44,206 bases of DNA from Thermohalobaculum sp. (GCA_035512995.1 DATKCY010000189.1:1-44206); one strand, 5' to 3'. Shown: positions 9,952 through 21,005, numbered from the stretch's first letter. Made by a program: numbers and translations. Notes: generated by a model not told the origin, from the sequence alone.

Positions 9952-10725
9952 ATGGACGCCGTTCTCGCCGAATACGATCCGTGGACGCTCGTGGCGATCG
10001 CCCTGATCATGGCGCTCGGCGGCTTCGTGAAGGGCGCGATCGGCTTCGCGCTGCCGACGGTCGTGGTCTCGGGCCTCGCCAGCGTGCTGACCGCGCAGGA
10101 GACGCTCGGCATCCTGATCGTGCCGCTGGCGGCGAGCAATCTGTGGCAGACGATGCGGCAGGGGCTGCGGACCGCGCTCGCGACGCTCCGCGGCCTCTGG
10201 CGGCTCTCGCTCGTGATGGGCGTGGTCATGGCCGCCGCCGCGCAGGTCGTGCCGCGGCTGCCGAGCGAGGTGCTGCTGACCTTCATCGGCGTCGTCGTCT
10301 CGGCGGCGGCGGCGCTGCAGCTCTCCGGCTGGCGGCCGCGGGTGCCGGAGGCGCCGGGCAGGCGGCATCGCGTCGAGATCGCGATCGGCGCGATCGCCGG
10401 CGTCGCCGGCGCGCTCGCCGGGGTCTGGGGCGCGCCGGTGCTGTTCTACCTGATCGCCTGCCGCTTCCCGAAGGCCGACCAGGTGCGCGCGCTCGGGATC
10501 ATCTTCCTGGCCGGCTCGTTCGTGCTCCTCGGCGCGCATGCCGAGAGCGGCGTGCTGAACGCGGTCACCGGGGCCACGGGCGTCCTGATGCTGCCGCCGG
10601 TCGCGCTCGGAATGTGGCTCGGCTTCCGCTTGCAGGATCGGCTCGACCAGGAGCGGTTCCGCCGCGTCACCCTCGTGGTGCTGGTGCTCGCGGGGCTCAA
10701 CCTCCTTCGCCGCGGGCTGCTCTGA
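9952..10725 (+). CDS. TauE/SafE (TSUP) family membrane transporter
   Basis: GGFVKGAIGFALP, GALAGVWGAP, GMWLGFRLQDRLDQERFRR; about 8 hydrophobic segments. Confidence 0.85.
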   Translation: MDAVLAEYDPWTLVAIALIMALGGFVKGAIGFALPTVVVSGLASVLTAQETLGILIVPLAASNLWQTMRQGLRTALATLRGLWRLSLVMGVVMAAAAQVVPRLPSEVLLTFIGVVVSAAAALQLSGWRPRVPEAPGRRHRVEIAIGAIAGVAGALAGVWGAPVLFYLIACRFPKADQVRALGIIFLAGSFVLLGAHAESGVLNAVTGATGVLMLPPVALGMWLGFRLQDRLDQERFRRVTLVVLVLAGLNLLRRGLL

Positions 10726-10831
10726 TCACGGACGCCCGAGCGCGTGAGAACGGGATCGGCAGCGACCCGCCGACGGGCGGGGCCATCATCCGTGACGCCG
10801 GAGAGGCGGAGAGCGATGTCTCCGCCCGACG

Positions 10832-12352
10832 TCAGCCACTCCTCGCGGCGCCGGCGCGGCGGGGGTCGCCGGCGGCGACCAGCGCGCCGTTTGCCTGGCG
10901 CATGACGGCGTGGGCGCCGCCGAAGAACATCGAGAGCTCGTTCCAGCCGCGGGCCTCCGGGAAGGCGTCGAGCAGCGCCACCCGGTCGCCCTCTGCCAGA
11001 CCCGGCTGCTCGAAGTCGACGGTCGTCTCGGCGTCGCACTCGACGTGGAGCCGTGGCGCCTCGATCGCGGCGCCGAGCGGCAGGTCGCGGTCGACGAGCC
11101 CCAGCAGCACCTGCGTCAACGCCGTGCGGATGCGGTTCGAGCCGCCCGAGCCTATCATCGCGACGCGTCCGTCCGGCCAGTCGACCGCAAGCGGCGCCAT
11201 CATCGAGGACAGCCGCACGTCCGGCGTCCACGACTGCCAGCCGCCGGGAACCAGGTCCTCCTCGCCCAGCATGTTGTTCGGCATGATGCCGGTGCCGGGG
11301 ATGACGAGGCCGCAGCCCTCGCCGTTCGAGAGCGTGAGCGCGGCGCCCATGCCGTGACCGTCGATGACCGAGATCTGGGTGGTGCCGCGGACCGCCGCTG
11401 GCCGCCCGGCCACCTCGCGCCGGTAGCGCGCGATCAGGTCGTCCGACAGGAGCGCCTGCGCGCCCGCGACCGGGTCGTCCTGCAGCGCCGCCTCGACCCG
11501 CGCCCGGCAGGTCGCGGCGAAGGCGCGGGCCAGGCTGACCGGCGGCGCGCCCCGCTCGATCAGCTCCAGCGCGAAGGCGATCAGCATGCCGCCGAGCGCG
11601 GGGGGCGGGTTGAGCGCGATCCGCGCGTGGCCGCGCCGGCGGGTGAGCGGCGTCCGCCACACCGGGCGGTAGCGGGCGAGGTCCGCGCGCTCGAGGTGCC
11701 CGCCCTCGCTGGTGAGCGCGAGCAGGCCCGCCGCGACCTCGCCCTCGGTCACGAAGCGGGCGCCCTCGAGCGCCATCACCTCGATCACGTCGGCGAGCGC
11801 CGGGTTGCGGTAGAGGCTTGCCGCCGCCAGCAGCTCGTCGCCGTCGCAGAAGAGGGCGCGGGCGCCGTCGCTCGCGGTCAGGATCGGCGCCACGATCCGT
11901 GCCAGCCGCGCCTGGAAGGCGCTGACCTCGACGCCGTCGCGCGCCGCCTTCACCGCGGGCTCCGCCAGCTCGGCCATCGGCACGCGTCCGTGACGCGCGT
12001 GCGCCTCGCCCAGCCCTGCGGCGAAGCCGGGCGTGGCGATCGCGCCGGTGCCGATGTGGAAGGCCTGCCGGACCGAGCCGAAATCGGCGTGGATCTCGCG
12101 GAAGTCGAGCTCGGCCGGCGGGCGCTTCCGCCGCGGAGTCTGCACGAAGCCGTCGAGCAGCGCCGTCTGGCCTTCAGGCCCGCGCACCATAAGGAAGACG
12201 CCGCCGCAGAGGCCGGCCAGCACCGGCTCCGCGACGCACGCCACCAGCGCGCCCGCGATGGCCGCGTCGACGGCGCTGCCGCCCGCCGCGCAGACATCGG
12301 CCGCGGCGGCGGCGGTCAGCTCGTGGCCGGCGGCGACGGCGTAGTCGGGCAT
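10832..12352 (-). CDS. Gamma-glutamyltransferase family protein (no signal peptide)
   Basis: GGSAVDAAIA, LDFRE, GTTQISVID (Thr nucleophile), PNNML, SSMMAP, GSGGSNRI, GDPRR. Confidence 0.9.
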   Translation of the reverse strand: MPDYAVAAGHELTAAAAADVCAAGGSAVDAAIAGALVACVAEPVLAGLCGGVFLMVRGPEGQTALLDGFVQTPRRKRPPAELDFREIHADFGSVRQAFHIGTGAIATPGFAAGLGEAHARHGRVPMAELAEPAVKAARDGVEVSAFQARLARIVAPILTASDGARALFCDGDELLAAASLYRNPALADVIEVMALEGARFVTEGEVAAGLLALTSEGGHLERADLARYRPVWRTPLTRRRGHARIALNPPPALGGMLIAFALELIERGAPPVSLARAFAATCRARVEAALQDDPVAGAQALLSDDLIARYRREVAGRPAAVRGTTQISVIDGHGMGAALTLSNGEGCGLVIPGTGIMPNNMLGEEDLVPGGWQSWTPDVRLSSMMAPLAVDWPDGRVAMIGSGGSNRIRTALTQVLLGLVDRDLPLGAAIEAPRLHVECDAETTVDFEQPGLAEGDRVALLDAFPEARGWNELSMFFGGAHAVMRQANGALVAAGDPRRAGAARSG

Positions 12353-12482
12353 CGTCGCAGTCTCCTCCCGGCCGATGCCTCGAGCGGGAATGTCCTCCCC
12401 CCGGCCCCTGCCCCAGAGGGGGGCGAATTGCGCCAGTCCCCTTTAGCGTCTCGTACGGCGTGGGAAAAGGGCGGCCGCGCCG

Positions 12483-12755
12483 TCAGCCATCCTGCGGGAA
12501 GTGCCGCTCGAGGAAGGCGCGTCCGTTCCGTTCGCCGAGGCCCCACGCATCGCGGATCCCCTTGGCGTCGGTGAAGTCGAGCTTGAAGGTCGGCGGTTTC
12601 TTCGTCGGCATCGCGTAGAGCCGGTTCGACAAGGCGGAGATGCGCTGCACGTCGAGCGGCAGCCGCCCGACGGTCGCCGCCATGAACCCGCCGTGCCAGA
12701 AGCAGCGGGTGCCGCCGCCGCCGAAGACCAGAGTGCGGAACGGCCCGCGGGTCAC
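12483..12755 (-). pseudogene. Patatin-like phospholipase remnant with an in-frame internal deletion
   Basis: N-terminal LVFGGGGTRCFWHGGF motif joined after ~43 aa to a C-terminal-type segment KLDFTD..IRDAWGLGERNG; no GxSxG or DGG; only 90 aa. Confidence 0.7.
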
Positions 12756-12769
12756 GGCACGGCGGCGGC

Positions 12770-14383
12770 TCAGGCCGCCTTGGGCGCGGCGGCCTTCACG
12801 TCGTCGCCGACATGCGGCTCGTACTGCGCGAAGTTCTTCTGGAACATGCCGACCAGCTCCGTCGCCTGTGCGTCGTAGGCCGCCGGGTCGTCCCAGGTCG
12901 AGCGCGGGTCGAGGATCGAGTCCTCGACGCCATCGACACGGACCGGCACCTCGAAGCCGAAATGCGGGTCGGTGCGGTAGTCCACGCCCTCGAGCTCGCC
13001 CGACAGGGCCGCCGACAGCAGCGTGCGTGTCACCTTGATCGGCATGCGCTCGCCGGTGCCGTAGGCGCCCCCGGTCCAGCCGGTGTTGACGAGCCAGCAG
13101 CGCGCGCCGGTGGCGGAGATCTTATCGCGGAGCAGCGCGCCGTAGACTTCCGGCCGCCGCGTCATGAAGGGGGCGCCGAAGCAGGTCGAGAAGGTCGGCT
13201 CGGCCTTGTTCACCCCCCTCTCGGTGCCGGCCATCTTGGCCGTGAAGCCGGTCAGGAAGTGGTACATCGCCTGCGCCGGCGTCAGCCGCGCGATCGGGGG
13301 CAGCACGCCGAAGGCGTCGCAGGTCAGCATGACCACGGTCTTCGGCTGGCCGGCGACCCCGGTCTCGGAGGCGTTCGAGATGTAGTGCAGCGGATAGGCC
13401 GCGCGCATGTTCGTCGTCAGGCTCGGATCGGCGAAGTCGAGTTCGCGCGTGACCGGGTCGTACACCATGTTCTCGATCACGGTCGCGAACTTCGACGTGG
13501 TGGCGAATATCTCGGGCTCGGCCTCCGGGCTCAGGTTGATCGTCTTGGCATAGCAGCCGCCCTCGAAGTTGAAGATGCCCTTGTCGGTCCAGCCGTGCTC
13601 GTCGTCGCCGAGGAGCGTGCGCTCGGGGTCGGCCGACAGCGTCGTCTTGCCGGTCCCCGAGAGGCCGAAGAAGATGGCGGAATCGGCCGGGTCGCCGGGA
13701 CCATGGTTCGCCGAGCAGTGCATCGGCATGATGCCCCGGCCCGGCAGGATGTAGTTCAGCACCGAGAACACGGACTTCTTGTTCTCGCCGGCATAGGAGC
13801 TGTCGCCGATCAGGATCAGCTTGCGCTCGAAGCTGACGGCGATGATCGTCTCCGAGCGGCAGCCATGACGCTCGGGGTCGGCCTTGAAGCTCGGGCAGTT
13901 GATGATCGTGAACTCGGGCACGTAGGAGGCGAGCTCGCTCCGATCGGGCCGGCGCAGCATGTGGCGAATGAACAGGCTGTGCCAGGCGAGCTCGTTGATC
14001 ACGCGGACATTCAGGCGGTTGTCCGGATCCGCGCCGGCATAGAGGTCCTGCACGAAGTACTCGCCGCCCTTCATGTGTGCGAGCATGTCCTGGCGCAGCC
14101 GTTCGAAGGCTTCCGGCTCCATCGGCGGGTTGTTGTCCCACCAGACGTCGGCCTCGACCGAGGGCTCGCGCACCACGAACTTGTCCTTCGGGGAGCGGCC
14201 GGTGTGCTTGCCGGTCTCGACGAGCAGCGTGCCCCCGATCCCCAGCGCACCCTCCTGCTTGCGGATCGCCGCCTCGACCAGCGCCGGCCGCGTCAGGTTG
14301 TAGTGCACCTGGCCGAGCCCCGTGATACCGGCGGCCTCGACCGTCTGATCGGAATTGACGCTGGTGGTCTCGCCGATCGCCAT
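12770..14383 (-). CDS. pckA: Phosphoenolpyruvate carboxykinase (ATP)
   Basis: [48 protein letters not shown]. Confidence 0.98.
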   Translation of the reverse strand: MAIGETTSVNSDQTVEAAGITGLGQVHYNLTRPALVEAAIRKQEGALGIGGTLLVETGKHTGRSPKDKFVVREPSVEADVWWDNNPPMEPEAFERLRQDMLAHMKGGEYFVQDLYAGADPDNRLNVRVINELAWHSLFIRHMLRRPDRSELASYVPEFTIINCPSFKADPERHGCRSETIIAVSFERKLILIGDSSYAGENKKSVFSVLNYILPGRGIMPMHCSANHGPGDPADSAIFFGLSGTGKTTLSADPERTLLGDDEHGWTDKGIFNFEGGCYAKTINLSPEAEPEIFATTSKFATVIENMVYDPVTRELDFADPSLTTNMRAAYPLHYISNASETGVAGQPKTVVMLTCDAFGVLPPIARLTPAQAMYHFLTGFTAKMAGTERGVNKAEPTFSTCFGAPFMTRRPEVYGALLRDKISATGARCWLVNTGWTGGAYGTGERMPIKVTRTLLSAALSGELEGVDYRTDPHFGFEVPVRVDGVEDSILDPRSTWDDPAAYDAQATELVGMFQKNFAQYEPHVGDDVKAAAPKAA

Positions 14384-14635
14384 GAAGGGTCTCCTCGCTT
14401 TCCGTCGGGAAGGCCGGCGCAGCCGCCTGCTGCACCCCGACCTCGAGGGAGCGCCGTGACCCCTCGCCCTCTCCGGGCTTTGCTCCCCGCCCGGTTGTGC
14501 GGGTTCTTAACTCTGAGGCAAAAGTCCGTCCAGCGCCATCCCGTCGCGCCCGCGCGGAGAGGCGAGCGTCCGCGCCCGGCCGGACGGGACGTGTCGTCCT
14601 GTCGGTCGAGATGGCTCCCCACGCAAGCTTCACGT

Positions 14636-15266
14636 CGCGCCTTCGCGCGCGAGCGTGGCGTCTGGATCATGGCGGGCTCGATCGCCGTGCCTGGTCCCGA
14701 CGAGCGGATCCTGAACCGCGGCCTCGTGATCGACGCAGAGGGGCGCATCGCCAGCCGCTACGACAAGATCCACATGTTCGACATCCAGCTCTCGGAGCGC
14801 GAGGTCTACGCCGAGTCGGACTCGGTCGCCCCGGGGAGCGTCGCGACGCTGGTGGAAGCCGCCGGCGCCCGGATCGGCCACACGATCTGCTACGACCTGC
14901 GCTTCCCCTATCTCTACCGCGACCTCGCGCAGGCCGGGGCCGAGATCCCTGGCCGTCCCCTCGGCCTTCACGCAGAAGACCGGCGAGGTGCACTGGCACG
15001 TGCTGGCACGTGCGCGGGCGATCGAGAACGGCGCCTTCGTGATCGCGCCCGACGCCTGCGGCCCGGTCCCGGGCGGCGGCGCGACCTACGGCCATTCGCT
15101 GGTCGTAGATCCATGGGGCGCCGTGCTGGCCGACGGCGGGGCGGAGCCCGGCGTGGCCTCGGCCGAGATCGACCTCGCCGCCGTCGAGACCGCCCGCGGC
15201 CGCATCCCGTCGCTCACCCACGACCGGCGCTATGCCGCGCCGCGCCTCGAGATGGCCGAGGTCTGA
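14636..15266 (+). pseudogene. Carbon-nitrogen hydrolase (Nit1-like) pseudogene, 5'-truncated and frameshifted
   Basis: YDKIHMFD and ICYDLRFP in one frame; an extra C at 14947-14949; then AVPSAFT..HWHVLARARAIEN..YGHSLVVDPWG in the next frame. The N-terminal part with the catalytic Glu is absent. Left boundary approximate. Confidence 0.85.
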
Positions 15267-15282
15267 GCTTGGCCCGGCCGCG

Positions 15283-16008
15283 TCAGCCCCGGCCGATGAC
15301 CTCCGCCTCCCCGCTCTCGAGCCCCACGACCACCGTGTCGGCCATGCCGACGAAGAGCCCGGTCTCGACGACTCCCGGAATCGCGTTCAGCTCGACGTTC
15401 AGTCGCGCCGGGTCGCCGATGCGGCCGAGGTGGAGGTCGAGGATGTGGTGCCCCTCGTCGGTCACGCAGGGCCCGCCGCTGCCGGGGCGCAGCATCGTCA
15501 GGTCCCCCCCGACGTCCGAGCGCTGGAGCAGGTCCCGCACCTGGGCGGCGGTGTGGCGGTGGCCGAAGCCCACGATCTCGACCGGCAGCGGGAAGGTGCC
15601 CAGCGTCTCGACCCGCTTCGACGGATCGGCGATCACCACCATGCGGGCCGAGGCCGCGGCCACGATCTTCTCCCAGAGCAGCGCGCCGCCGCCGCCCTTG
15701 ATGAGCGTGAGCCGGGCGTCGAACTCGTCGGCGCCGTCGATCGTCAGGTCGAGGCCCTCGACGTCGTCGATGCCGCGGAGCGGCACCCCGGCCTCCGCCG
15801 CCAGCGCCCGCGTCGCCGACGAGGTCGCGACCGCGGTGACCTTCAGCCCCTCCTCCGCGATCCGGTGCCCGAGCAGCGCCACCAGCCACCTCGCGGTCGA
15901 GCCCGTTCCGAGGCCGAGCCGCATTCCGTCCTCGACCATCTCGAGCGCCCGCAGGGCGGCGGCGCGCTTGGCCCGGTCGGACGGGGAAAGCTGGGGCTCC
16001 ATTGGCAT
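15283..16008 (-). CDS. rpiA: Ribose-5-phosphate isomerase A
   Basis: GLGTGSTA, IDGADEFD..LIKGGGGALLWEKIVA, GVVETGLF. Confidence 0.97.
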   Translation of the reverse strand: MPMEPQLSPSDRAKRAAALRALEMVEDGMRLGLGTGSTARWLVALLGHRIAEEGLKVTAVATSSATRALAAEAGVPLRGIDDVEGLDLTIDGADEFDARLTLIKGGGGALLWEKIVAAASARMVVIADPSKRVETLGTFPLPVEIVGFGHRHTAAQVRDLLQRSDVGGDLTMLRPGSGGPCVTDEGHHILDLHLGRIGDPARLNVELNAIPGVVETGLFVGMADTVVVGLESGEAEVIGRG

Positions 16009-16142
16009 CTCCTCCGGCAGGCTCGGGCGGGCATGATAGCGTCGCGGAGAGGTCGCGTCAGCGCCGGCCGGTGTCGCCGGTTGCCGCTCGCGCCCGCGCG
16101 GCCGGTCCTATAAAAGGGCGCGTCCGCCCCGGAGCCAAGCGC

Positions 16143-17543
16143 ATGTTCCTCAGCGTCTTCGAGATCTTCAAGATCGGCATCGGCCCGTCGAGCTCGCACA
16201 CGATGGGCCCGATGGTCGCGGCCGCGCGCTTCCTCGACGACCTGCGCGGCGGGCGCGACCGGGTGCCGGGTGCGGGCGCGCCCAGCCGCCTCCGGTGCCG
16301 GCTGCACGGCTCGCTCTCCTGGACCGGCAAGGGGCACGCGACCGACCGAGCGGTCGTTCTCGGCCTCGCCGGCCTCCGCCCCGAGACGATCGAGCCCGAA
16401 GAGGCGGCCCGGGTCGAGGCCGCCGTGCGCGAGACGGGGCGGGTCGAGGTCGAAGGCCTGGGCCCCCTGGCCTTCGACCCCGAGAGCGGCATCGTGTTCG
16501 ACCGCGGCCCGGCGCTGCCGCTGCACGCGAATGCGCTGACGCTGTCGGCCGACGACGCCGACGGCAACCTCTACCTCGAGGAGACCTACTACTCGACGGG
16601 CGGCGGCTTCGTCGTGACCGAGGGGGAGATGGGCCGCGCCGAGGAGCGGACCGCCGAGCGGAACGCGCGCGTCCCTCACCCCTTCTCCACCGCAGACGAG
16701 ATGCTGGCGATGGCGGAAGAATCGGGCCTCTCGGTCGCCGACATGAAGCGCGCGAACGAGGAGTCGCGGATCGACCGGCCCGAGCTCGACCGCGGGATCG
16801 AGCGGCTCTGGCAGGTGATGAGCGCCTGCATCGACCGGGGCCTCTCGGCCGAGGAGGAGCGGCTGCCGGGTGTCCTGCGCGTCCGCCGCCGCGCGCCCGC
16901 GATCCATCGCCAGCTGCTCGACGAGCGCACCCGCAACCTGGTGCCGCCGCACGCGGCGAACGACTGGCTCAGCGTCTACGCGATGGCGGTGAACGAGGAG
17001 AACGCGGCCGGCGGCCAGGTCGTGACCTCGCCCACCAACGGCGCCGCGGGCGTCTTCCCCGCGGTCGTGCGCTACTACGCCGACCACATCGTGGGGGCGA
17101 CGCCGAAGGGCCTCGAGGACATGTTCCTGACGGCCGCCGCGATCGGCGGGCTCGTCAAACACAACGCCTCGATCTCGGGCGCCGAGTGCGGCTGCCAGGC
17201 CGAGGTCGGATCGGCCTCGGCGATGGCGGCGGGCGCGCTCGCGGCCGCGATGGGCGGCACGCCGGCCCAGGTCGAGAACGCCGCCGAGATCGCGCTCGAG
17301 CACCATCTCGGCATGACCTGCGACCCGGTCGCGGGCCTCGTCCAGATCCCGTGCATCGAGAGGAACGGCCTCGGCGCGATCAAGGCCGTCGCGGCCGCCT
17401 CGCTCAGCCTGCGCGGCGACGGCACCCACGTGGTCTCGCTCGACACCTGCATCAAGACGATGCGCGAGACCGGCCGCGACATGCACGAGAAGTACAAGGA
17501 GACCTCACTCGGCGGCCTCGCCGTCAACGTCCCGAACTGCTGA
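16143..17543 (+). CDS. sdaA: L-serine ammonia-lyase (Fe-S, single chain)
   Basis: [61 protein letters not shown]. Confidence 0.96.
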   Translation: MFLSVFEIFKIGIGPSSSHTMGPMVAAARFLDDLRGGRDRVPGAGAPSRLRCRLHGSLSWTGKGHATDRAVVLGLAGLRPETIEPEEAARVEAAVRETGRVEVEGLGPLAFDPESGIVFDRGPALPLHANALTLSADDADGNLYLEETYYSTGGGFVVTEGEMGRAEERTAERNARVPHPFSTADEMLAMAEESGLSVADMKRANEESRIDRPELDRGIERLWQVMSACIDRGLSAEEERLPGVLRVRRRAPAIHRQLLDERTRNLVPPHAANDWLSVYAMAVNEENAAGGQVVTSPTNGAAGVFPAVVRYYADHIVGATPKGLEDMFLTAAAIGGLVKHNASISGAECGCQAEVGSASAMAAGALAAAMGGTPAQVENAAEIALEHHLGMTCDPVAGLVQIPCIERNGLGAIKAVAAASLSLRGDGTHVVSLDTCIKTMRETGRDMHEKYKETSLGGLAVNVPNC

Positions 17544-17638
17544 GGCCTGGAAGCCGCGGGGGGCTTCGGCGAGAGGGACCTAGTCGCCTGAATCTAAAGT
17601 TCGCCGCATAGGGTTTGCTGCGTTCGCTGGCATTGCGG

Positions 17639-17723
17639 TGGTCCGGGCGGCGGGATTCGAACCCGCAAGGCTTGCGCCGGAGGATTTTAAGTCCCCTGCG
17701 TCTACCAGTTCCGCCACGCCCGG
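17639..17723 (-). tRNA. tRNA-Leu(TAA)
   Basis: Minus-strand cloverleaf: acceptor CCGGGCG/CGCCCGG, anticodon arm GGGGA-CTTAAAA-TCCTC, long variable arm, GGTTCGAATCC, A73 and CCA. Confidence 0.96.
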
Positions 17724-17771
17724 TCGGGCGACCATACCCGCGGGCGGCGGCGGCGCAACAGGCGCGCCGGC

Positions 17772-18126
17772 TCAGGTGGCGGGGGTGCCGCCTCGCCCGG
17801 TTCTTGTCGGCGCTGTTCCCCTCCGGCACCAGCACCGTGACCGGCAGCCCGTGCTGCCGCGCGGCGAACGGGATCGACTGGCCGCGGTTGCCGCGGGTCG
17901 CGGTCACGATGCCGGGGCAGTCGGGCATCCGCCGCATCAGCCGGTCGAGATAGGTGAGCCCGCCGCGGACCTTGAATGCGCCGGGTCGGCGTGTGGTTCT
18001 CGTGCTTGACCCACGTTTCGCAGCCGGTCCGCGCCTCGATCAGCGGCCACGGTATTGCGGCGTCTCGGGCAGGTGCGCCCGTACCAGCCGCTCGGCCGCC
18101 TCGAGCGCGGCGAGGTCGAACATCAT
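17772..18126 (-). pseudogene. Threonine/serine dehydratase-like PLP enzyme remnant
   Basis: MMFDLAALEAAERLV..TPQY /shift/ WPLI..WVKHENHTPT /shift/ GAFKVRGG..ATRGNRGQS..EGNSADKNRA, then an abrupt end; two indels and most of the gene missing. Confidence 0.85.
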
Positions 18127-18130
18127 CCGG

Positions 18131-19002
<872 letters not shown>

Positions 19003-19006
<4 letters not shown>

Positions 19007-19656
19007 CGCTTCGCCGCCCCCTCGGGCTGCGGCTCGACCACCGGGCGGTCCATCTCGAATTTCTCGGTCACCGAGGTGTAGTCCTTGTAGCCCATGCGCG
19101 CCACCGGGCTGAGGGCCAGCACGTCGAGCCGGCCTTCCTCGGTCAGGTAGCGCTCGTCGATATGCACGCCGACGACCTCGCCGATCACGACGATGTTGAA
19201 TGCGTGCTCGCGCCAGGACGGCAGGTCGTCGAGGATGCGCACGACCCGGCATTCGAGCGCGACCGGCGCCTCGGCGACCCTCGGCGGCGCGATCGTGCGG
19301 CACGGTGCCGGGGCCAGGCCGGCCTGGGCGAACTCGTCGACCCCGGCGGGGTGGGTGCCCGAGGTCGCGTTCATCCGCTCGGCCAGCGCGTGCGTGACCA
19401 TGTTCGTCGCGAACTCGCCGGTCGCGCGGATGTTCGCGACCGAGTCCTTGATCGCCTCGGGCCGGCTCTTCCGCCCGGTCTGGGCGAACATCACCATCGG
19501 GGGCGCGTCGCCGCAGCCGTTGAAGAAGCTGTAGGGGGCGAGGTTCGCGCGGCCTTCGGCGTCCAGCGTCGAGATCCAGCCGATCGGGCGCGGGACGACG
19601 ATCGCCTTGAACGGGTCGAAGGGCAGGCCGTGCCCTTCCTCCGGACGGTAGAACAT
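19003..19656 (-). CDS. Flavin reductase-like protein (DIM6/NTAB family)
   Basis: PFKAIVVPRPIGWIST..NLAPYSFFN, KDSVANI, VARMGYKDY; 4-bp overlap with mtaP. Confidence 0.9.
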
Positions 19657-19763
19657 CGGGGAGGCTCCTCGCGGGGACGGACGGGACTTCTCAGGCGGCG
19701 CCGATCCATGTATGGGCCGCGGCGACAGACTAGCGCCCTCCGACAGCCACGCAACCGCGCCCC

Positions 19764-20264
19764 ATGTTTCGCCTGCAGCCGGAGACTCCAGCGGACCGGG
19801 AGGAGGTGGAGCTTCTGCTCGACACGGCGTTCGGCCCCGGGCGGACGGGCCTCAGTTCCTATCGTCTTCGTCAGGGGGTGGAGCCGGTCGCCGAGCTCTG
19901 CCTGCTCGCGCGCGACGACTACGACAGCCTTGCGGGCGCAATCCGCCACTGGCCGGTCGTGATCGGGGGCGCGCACCCGGCGCTGCTGCTGGGTCCCGTC
20001 GCCGTTCACCCGACCCGTCAGGGCGAGGGGCTTGGCGCGTGGCTGATCGCCGAGACCCTGGAGCGCGCGGCGGCGCTCGGCTGGACGCGCGCCGTGCTGG
20101 TGGGCGACGAGCCCTATTACGGCCGCTTCGGGTTCCGCCGCGCGTCCGCGCAGGGCCTGAGCTTTCCCCCGCCTGTCAACGAGGCGCGACTGCTGGCGCG
20201 GGAGCTCGTTCCCGGCGCGATGGATCAAGTCGCGGGGCCGGTCGAGCGCTGGAGCGAGCAATAG
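19764..20264 (+). CDS. GNAT N-acetyltransferase (YhbS-like)
   Basis: LLLGPVAVHPTRQGEGLG, LVGDEPYYGRFGF. Confidence 0.9.
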   Translation: MFRLQPETPADREEVELLLDTAFGPGRTGLSSYRLRQGVEPVAELCLLARDDYDSLAGAIRHWPVVIGGAHPALLLGPVAVHPTRQGEGLGAWLIAETLERAAALGWTRAVLVGDEPYYGRFGFRRASAQGLSFPPPVNEARLLARELVPGAMDQVAGPVERWSEQ

Positions 20265-20450
20265 CAGCCGCGGTGGATTGTCGTCGTTCCAAGACGATCC
20301 GGAATCTTTGCATTGCAAATTCTATGAACTCATCCTATTTGGAGCGAGCCGGCTGAACCAAATCCAGTTCGGTTAAGTGCGCGGAGAACTCACGGCAGGA
20401 AGGCGGAAATGCAGAAGGTGGCGGGCAGCATTGCCAGCGGGGAGAATGAA

Positions 20451-20864
20451 ATGGCTGAGTCGACTGTTGATCACACGGAGTTGCTGACGCTGACCTCCGA
20501 GATCGTTTCGGCGCATGTCTCGAACAATGCGGTGGCGAGCACCGATCTTCCGAGCGTGATCGAGACCGTCTTCTCGACCCTCTCGGGACTCGGCGGCGCG
20601 CCGGCGGAGCCGGAGGTCGAGCAGAAGCCGGCCGTGCCCATCAAGAAGTCGGTGACCGACGACTACATCGTCTGTCTGGAGGACGGAAAGAAGATGAAGA
20701 TGCTTAAGCGGCATCTGAAGACCGCCTACGACATGACGCCAGAACAGTACCGGGCGAAGTGGAACCTCGGCCCCGACTATCCGATGGTCGCGCCGAGCTA
20801 TGCGCGCAAGCGCCAGGAGCTGGCGAAGAAGATCGGTCTCGGCCGCAAGCCGCGCAGCAGCTGA
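20451..20864 (+). CDS. mucR: Ros/MucR family nucleoid-associated regulator
   Basis: EIVSAHVSNN, PAVPIKKSV..YIVCLEDGKKMKMLKRHL..YRAKWNL..DYPMVAPSYA..LAKKIGLGRK; GGAGA upstream of ATG 20451. Confidence 0.94.
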   Translation: MAESTVDHTELLTLTSEIVSAHVSNNAVASTDLPSVIETVFSTLSGLGGAPAEPEVEQKPAVPIKKSVTDDYIVCLEDGKKMKMLKRHLKTAYDMTPEQYRAKWNLGPDYPMVAPSYARKRQELAKKIGLGRKPRSS

Positions 20865-21005
20865 GGCGCTCGCGGCGGCCGCGCCCAGGGGCGCGGCCCG
20901 GCATTGCACGGCAGGCGCCGGCGCGATAGAGAGCGGCGGAGCGAGGGGCCCCAGCGGGCGCCCGCCGCGTTTCTGGTCGACCGGATTGCAGGCACGTGCG
21001 CGCCC

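Noticed and set aside
12812-16036. 1074-aa plus-strand ORF
   Set aside because: Antisense shadow of pckA and rpiA caused by GC-rich codon bias; only about 14636-14947 is real, as part of the Nit1-like pseudogene.
20877-20898. GC hairpin after mucR
   Set aside because: No U-tract and a single copy; not enough to call a terminator or repeat family.
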